Positions 56,815 through 64,000 of a stretch of DNA of 64,000 nt are shown piece after piece. This DNA is from the human T2T-CHM13v2.0 reference genome, Homo sapiens: NCBI RefSeq assembly GCF_009914755.1, contig NC_060930.1; one strand, given 5' to 3'. The position numbers were made by a program, and so were the translations under genes. The notes below the pieces were generated by a model. The model was not told the DNA's origin, ran no database searches, and saw only the letters and a list, made by a program, of their open reading frames with translations. Position 1 is the stretch's first letter, and every line of letters begins with the position of its first letter.

Positions 56815-57930
56815 TGTATCAGTCCGGGTTCAGTCAGAGAAGCAGAACCACTGAGGGAAATAGACATATCTCTATCTATCAATTATCTATCTATCTATTG
56901 ATCCATCGATCCATCCATCACTTATCTATTATCTATCTTCTATCTATCATCTAGCTATTGATATATATTCCACACATGAAAACACATACTCACAAACACA
57001 CACACAAATATTAAGGGCTTTGTTATAGACACTTGACTCTACACAATTCTGGGAGCTGGTTGAGAGGTCCCTGCCTTAGGGCTGTTGCTTTCATGTCTGA
57101 TGCTGAAGGTTGAAGAGTGCAGGGCAGGCAGAGAGGAAAGAAAGATGGATGTAAGTCTTGGAATCCAAGAACAAACTCAGAGCAGAGCAGGACACTGGAA
57201 GCTGTGTCCACTGTCATTGTTCTGACCTCAATGGCTTGGGTGTTCTGCAAAAGCTGGACCTTTGGTAGGAGCTAGGAGCTAGATACAAGCACATCTGGCC
57301 CAAGAATCAGAGAGGCTGGAGAGGAAATCCCAGGAAGGAGGCACAGCTGCAGGCCTGGTGGCCACCCCTTCATGCCAGTGAGGGAGCCAGCATTTAAGTG
57401 ACAATGTGCAAGCCACACATGGCTGTTATTTCCTTTCTCCCTCCAAATCTTGCACAATGATCACTTTTGTGGCCACCCTAACTAGAAACTTCCAGCAAGG
57501 ATGTAGTAGCAGTCCGTTCTCACACTGCTAATAAAGACATACCTGAGACTGGGTAATTTATAAAGAAAAGAGGCTTAATTGACTCATAGTTTTGCATGGC
57601 TGGGGAGGCCTCAGGAAACTTACAATCATGGTGAAGGGGAAGCAAACGCTTCCTTCTTCACGTGGCAGTAGGGGAGAGAAAGAGAGCCAAGTGAAGGGGG
57701 AAGCCCCTTATAAAACCATCAGAACTCATGAGAACTCACTATCATGAGAATAGTATGGGGGAAACTGCCCCCTTGATTCAATTATCTCCATCTGATCCCG
57801 CCCCTGACACATGGGGATTATTGTAATTCAGGATGAGATTTTGGGTGGGGACACAGCCAAACCATATCAAAAGGAATTTTGGGAAGTGTAGTTTATCCTA
57901 GTTGTGTTGACATATTACCAAATCATCACA
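56815..57930 (-). mobile_element. Old ERVL-type (MLT2-like) LTR with (TATC)n tract, interrupted by a THE1/MST LTR
   Basis: tgtatcagtccgggttcagtcagaagcagaacca…(tatc)n…acacaattctgggagctgg. Confidence 0.55.
57502..57869 (-). mobile_element. THE1D/MSTA-like solo LTR
   Basis: ctcacactgctaataaagacatacctgagactgggtaattt…cacagccaaaccatatca. Confidence 0.9.
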
Positions 57931-58294
57931 CCCCTGAATAAACGGTTTTTTTTTTTTTTGCCCCAGGATACCTGTAGTTCTTGTAAATCACGTTTTAGGC
58001 CTTTCAAAATGTGCTTTCATTTTGTTTTAACAGCATGTCTATTGATGTATTTTGCTGTTGCAGAATATAACTAGTAATAACATTTCATACATGTATTTCC
58101 ATTTCTTTCTATGTATGCTTTAAAATGGATACATGCATATATGGTTTTATGCCCTTATTTGTAACTTTATACCTTTATATATTTTTCATGTCTTTAAAAA
58201 TTATGTATAAACTGAATTTTAATAGCTAAATATGTAATCAGATACATGTACTAAATTTTATACTATCATCCCCCCATTATTGGATTTTTAGGTT

Positions 58295-58500
58295 CTTTTT
58301 TTTTTTATTTGAGACAGGGTTTCACTCTGTCACCCAAGCTGGAGTGTGATAGTGTGAGCACAGTTCACCGCAGCCTCAACCTCCCACACTCAAGTGATCC
58401 TCCCACCTCAGCCACTGGAATAGCTGGGACTACAGGCACATGCCACCATGCCTAGCTAATTTTTTTGATAAAGATGGGGTTTCATTACATTGCCCAGACT
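58295..58500 (-). mobile_element. Truncated Alu (AluJ/FRAM-like)
   Basis: Right arm plus part of the left arm. Confidence 0.85.
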
Positions 58501-59140
58501 TAATTTTCCACTTTTCAAGTGGTGGAGTGGACATCTTTTTGCATAAATCTGATTATTCCTTAAAATTCACAGAAATTAAATATAGTAAACATCTTAAGTC
58601 TCTTGCTACATGTTAATGAATATGTAAAAATTTACTTAAATATTTTGATAGGTTACAATTTATGGTCCCATCAGAAGTACATTTAACTCATACTTTAATT
58701 TGGAAAGAATCAATATCTTTATCATATTCGGTCTGAGTATTTTAGAACATAATATATTTCACTGAGGCTCAGAAACTTCCCCTGCCCCCACATTATAACA
58801 TGTTTGAAATTAGGATTTATTTACAATAGATGATGTTTCATAACTTAATTGGCAGTGTTTTATTTCTTAGTGTTATATACAATAATGGTACATCTTATCA
58901 TCTATGGCAATTTATATTTGATGAAGAAAGTATCTCTTCATTTAGTTAAGCCCTTTTTTAAAGGTTCTAGATAAAGATCAATAGTTCTCCATTTTAGGTC
59001 TCATTAAACAATAAAATTATTCTTAGGTAATGTATGAGTTGATTGCTTTTATAAAGGGAATCTTTTATATTTTAATCTGTAATAGATTATTGTTAATATA
59101 CATGGGAAAAGCATTAATTTTGTTTATTTACCTTATATTC

Positions 59141-59432
59141 TTTTTTTGAGATGGGGTCTTGTTCTGTTGTCCAGGCTGAAGTGCAGTGGCACAATCATAG
59201 CTCACTGTAGCTTTGAACTCTTGGGCTCAAGCAATCTTCCTGCTTGATCTTCCAATGTGCTGGGATTACAAGCATACACCACCATGGTGCCTGGCTAGTT
59301 TTTAAAAAATATATTTTGTAGAGATGGGTCTCACTATGTTGCCCAAGTTGATCTCAAACTTCTGGTCTCAACCAATCCTCCCACCTTAGCCTCCTGAGTT
59401 ACTGGGATTACAGACGTGAGCTACCAGGTTTG
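59141..59432 (-). mobile_element. Alu (AluJ-like)
   Basis: Diverged Alu; TSD accttatattctt. Confidence 0.9.
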
Positions 59433-60954
59433 ACTCTACCTTATATTCTTATATTCATCTTAGGTCACTGTTCATTTATTTTTCTTTTTAATGACTAAGT
59501 CATGGAAAACTTTGGTTTTATTGTTTGGTACAGGTTTGGCTCCACCTAATAATTTGTGAGATTTTGTTTATGCCCAAACATTTTATTGAACACCTCCAAA
59601 TTGTGGGGAAACTGTTATAGGCTGTGGATACAAAGATGACGAAAATTCTCTTCTTGTCCTCAGGGACTCACAACATAGTAGACTAAAAGACTAGATTATT
59701 TTTGTTTCACTAAAATGAAATATGCACTGAATGTATTTGGAATGAAGCCTCTTGAGCAATCTTTGCAGCTGTATGCAGCAGCGGTAATTGCTATAAAGGT
59801 GGGCTTTGAAGTACATAAAAATAGCCTTTAGAACATCTGACCCTCCCACTACTTTCTGCACCTTTACTTCTCCTTTGTATTTGAGTTATTACCCTTCAAT
59901 TACATTTTCCCTCTTTCAAGGAACAACAAACACTGAGTACACCATAACTGATGGTAATTGATATCTCAGGGAACTCTTGCATCTCTAGTAAAATTTTGAC
60001 TAGTCTTGACTATAAATTTAAACCAAATGAAACCTGACTCTAATGATTTCTTATACTCTGGCTCCAAATATTTAATCTATTTGGGAAATATAGTCCATTT
60101 TCTGCTGCTATAACAGAATACCTGAGCTTAAGTAATTTATAATAAACAGAAATTAATTGGCTTACACTTCTGGAGGCTGGGAAGACCAAGATCAAGGTAC
60201 CAGCATCGGGTGAGGGCCTTTTTGTTGTGTCATTTTAGAAGTTAATCCTTGAATAGTTCATATAAACATGTTATAGAACGTTTAAAAACCTTTCTTCCTA
60301 TGTTTATTAGTAGCGGTAGAAGTGGGTTTGGTGATCAGTCAGCAATCTCAGCCTGGGGAAGAACAGGGAGAATAGATAATGCATGCTGACGGAATGTGCT
60401 GGGTTTCAGGGACCCATGGAATAGCCAGTGCAAATGCGGGACTAGACCAGATAGACAGTAGGTAAAATTATAGGAGTGGAGGCAAATGTCAACTCAGACA
60501 TACGACATGTTGGAAATGTGTTTTAGGAAGGTCAGTCTTATACTAAGGTACAGGATGATCTGGAGAGCTGGAAAGGGACTTCAGTTAGAATGCGATCACA
60601 CTTACCTAGGTATGAAGTAAGAGGAACCTGACTAGGGTGGTAGGAGTAACAGTGGAATGAAAGGGTAAGAGATTCTGCAATTAAAACCAAGGGGACTTGT
60701 GATGGATTGGCTAGGTAAGGTGAGATAGTGCCTAAGATTTCCGTACCTAAGAGCTTTGGAAAATGGAGGACCATTAATGGAAACAGAAGGTGTTAATGGT
60801 TATGGGACTGGGATTCAGAGAGAACAGCGAAAATTACATGGGGTATTGCCATTTGGATTTTGATAATAATAGGAAATTCAAGTGCAAATACCCGGTAGGA
60901 AGCTGGAGAAGGGGAGCTGAACTCAAAGGAAAGATTGGGGCTGAAAATATAAAC

Positions 60955-61339
60955 TGTATTAGTCTGTTCTCACACTGAAATAAGGAGCTATCTGAGACTT
61001 GGTAATTTATAAAGAAAAGAGGCTTAATTGGCTCACAGTTCTGCTGGCTCTACAGGAAGCATGGCTGGGGAGGCCTCAGAGAACTTATAAACATGGTAGA
61101 AGGTGAGGGGGAAGCAGGCGTGTCTTACACGATTGGAGCAGGAGGAAGAGAGAGCAGGGGGGAGATGCTATGCACTTTTAAACAATGAGATCTCACGAGA
61201 ACTCATTCACTATCATGAGAACAGGAAGGGGGAAATCTGCCCCCATGATCAAATCGCCTCCCACCAGGCCCCTCCTCCAACATTGGGGATTACAATTCAA
61301 CATGAGATTTGGGTGGGGACACAAATCCAAACCATATCA
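60955..61339 (-). mobile_element. MSTA/MSTB solo LTR
   Basis: tgtattagtctgttctcacactg…ggacacaaatccaaaccatatca. Confidence 0.9.
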
Positions 61340-61477
61340 TAAACCATCTTTGTGGATTATAGCTGAAGTTTGAAATTAGAGAGGTTTCCTAAGGAGAGTG
61401 TAGACTTTTCCATTATAAGTTTAAAAATCAGAATAGGTCATCTTTTCTCTGAATTGCAAACTATCAAAAACTAAAGT

Positions 61478-62131
61478 ACAGCTTATTATCGTTATGCGTG
61501 GTAGTTATGGTTTATACATTTGCTATGAACACTGAATTAGCAAATACTGAAGCTTGGCTCCTGGGGGAAATACAGGGTTAGGTTCCCGTGAATCGCTGAT
61601 CACAACATTTTCATCAAGCCATCAATATATACCCTTTTCTAAGTGTGTGTTTATGTTTAAAGACATTTTATTTAACATACGTCGTGGATGCATTAACATA
61701 GAGCTCATTGCCAACAGCGCTGTAACTCACGCCTGAATGAAGCTTCTCTAACACACGTATTTTCTCCATAAGGCACAGCACTGCATTCTTGCACTTAGGG
61801 ACGCTAGACAGCACTTCAGCACGATCTTGGGGGCCATTTTAAACAGCGAAATCACCAACAATGACCACAAAAATTGTGAAAACCATAGCGGTAAAGAAAT
61901 AGTGAAAAGGACACTTGTTTACACTGTCAGAGCTGGGACAAGAAGGCAGGGTGTCACCTTGTTAGACTTCAGCCGAGAACGTGCCAGTTGGGTGATTCAT
62001 ATTTTGCACCACTCTGCTCATGTCTGAGAATGACCTCGAAAGCACCATGGGCACTGATTTGGGGTCACAATTCAATTCTATAAAGTAGGCTAATTCGCAA
62101 ATCAGAACCATGAATAATGAGGACCCAGTGT
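61478..62131 (-). mobile_element. MER82 (TcMar-Tigger)
   Basis: cttgggggccattttaaacagcgaaatcaccaaca…gaaaaggacacttgtttaca matches the reverse of the MER82 consensus as recalled. Confidence 0.8.
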
Positions 62132-62136
62132 ACTTG

Positions 62137-62653
62137 TGTGATGGTTAATATTGAGTGTCAACTTGATTGGATTGAAGGATGCAAAGTATTGTTCCTGGGT
62201 GTGTCTGTGAGGGTGTTGCCAAAGGAGATTAACATTTGAGTCAGTGGACTGGGAGAGGCAGACCCACCCTCAGTCTGGGTGGGCACCTTCTAATCAGCTG
62301 CCAGCTTGGCCAGAATAAAGCAGGCAGAAGAACGTGGGAAGACTGGACTGGTTTAGTGTTCTGGCCTCCATCTTTCTCCCGTGCTGGATGCTTCCTGCCC
62401 TTGAGCATTGGACTCCAAATTCCTCAGCTTTGGAACTCTTGGACCTTTGGCCACAGACTGAAGGCTGCACTGTCGGCTTCTCTGCTTTTGAGATTTTGGG
62501 ACTTGGACTGGCTTCCTTGCTCCTCAGTTTGCAGACGGCCCGTTGTGGGACCTCACCTTGTGATGGTGTGAATCAATACGCCTTAATAAACTCCCCTTTA
62601 TATACACATCTATCCTATTAGTTCTGCCCCTCTGAAGAACACTGACTAATACA
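62137..62653 (+). mobile_element. MLT2A-like (HERV-L) solo LTR
   Basis: tgtgatggttaatattgagtgtcaacttgattggattgaaggatgcaaag…cctattagttctg…ctgactaataca. Confidence 0.9.
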
Positions 62654-63600
62654 ACTTGTATGAGAAGACAACTGGCATTGTTCACTGCCCACTTCTGGCT
62701 AAAACACTTAGGTTTAGGAGATCATGTGTGGATTTACCCGTCGTAGATATTTGAGCTATTGGGAAGTAAACTGGGAAATAAACTGGCCTAAAGTAGTTTG
62801 GTCAAGTTCAACCAAAGTTTGCTCTTATGTATTTCTTACCATTTAAGAAATAGAATTCTGGGTGTTCAAAGTAGATTAAACATTAGCTATTTTAACAAAC
62901 AGTCCCAAGATCTAAGTGACCTACTATAATAAGGTGTATTTCTTGTTCATATCAGATTGTAATGCAGGACAGAGTGAGGGGTGTTTTGGGACTTAGGGTC
63001 CTTCCTCCTGTTAGCTCGGCTGTCCCCAAGGGCCTCAGAGTCTGCTGCTGGATTTTCTCCATTCTACAGGCTGACCACCAGAAGCATGGACAGTCCTGTG
63101 GATGTTTTACCAGCCAGGACTGGAAGTAATGTATGCCACTTTCATTACACTCCACTGGCCAGAACTCAAACTCAGTCACATTCCCCACTGAGCTAAATGC
63201 AAGGGGTCTGAGAAATACAGGAGGTTCCCAAGTCTAGGTGCATGTTCCCTCTTGCTGCGGTAACACATTGCTACAATCGCAGGGGCTTCAAACAACACAA
63301 ATGTTTCCTCTTACAATTCTGGAGGCCAGAAGCCCAAAACGCATCTCACGGGACTAAATTCTAATGGGATTGCCAACCCTGAGAATCCACGTGGGTGAGA
63401 CTCTTGAAGAAGAGCAGGGAAGGCGCCAGCCATCTGAAGCAAGCATTCAGCCAGCATCATGTAAAGCCCTGTGGAATATTTCCCAGAGAGGCCTCTAGAA
63501 ACTCACAGAGGCACGCATGAGAGTGAAGCAAGCCTAAAACATTTCCAGCTGGGCAAGAACATTCCTGTTCCTGTTCTTCCTACTCCTTTTCCTACCTTGA

Positions 63601-64000
<400 letters not shown>

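Overview
Primate (human-like) genomic DNA that is mostly non-coding and rich in transposon remnants: L1, Alu, L2, MIR, MaLR/ERVL/ERV1 solo LTRs, Tigger3b, MER82 and MER5A. There is no complete protein-coding gene, and nearly all ORF-track entries are spurious or repeat-derived. The main exception is an intact-looking 171-nt minus-strand exon (9331-9501) with canonical splice sites and phase 2-2. It encodes the N-terminal half of a PH domain of the ARHGAP20/avian TAGAP-like type (…TTRRHLFLFRDWLVIAKQR). I infer the window lies upstream of a minus-strand ARHGAP20/TAGAP-family RhoGAP gene, most plausibly TAGAP, whose canonical human protein lacks a PH domain. The exon would then be a relic or hidden long-isoform exon. 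Other notable signals are: at least six short, locally templated duplications or fold-back insertions in the first 25 kb, a bipartite miR-29a/c-complementary site, a 10-mer minisatellite grown inside Tigger3b, and two CpG-enriched, repeat-poor segments with NF-kB/ETS/GC-box motifs. Repeat subfamily names and boundaries come from remembered consensus sequences and are approximate.
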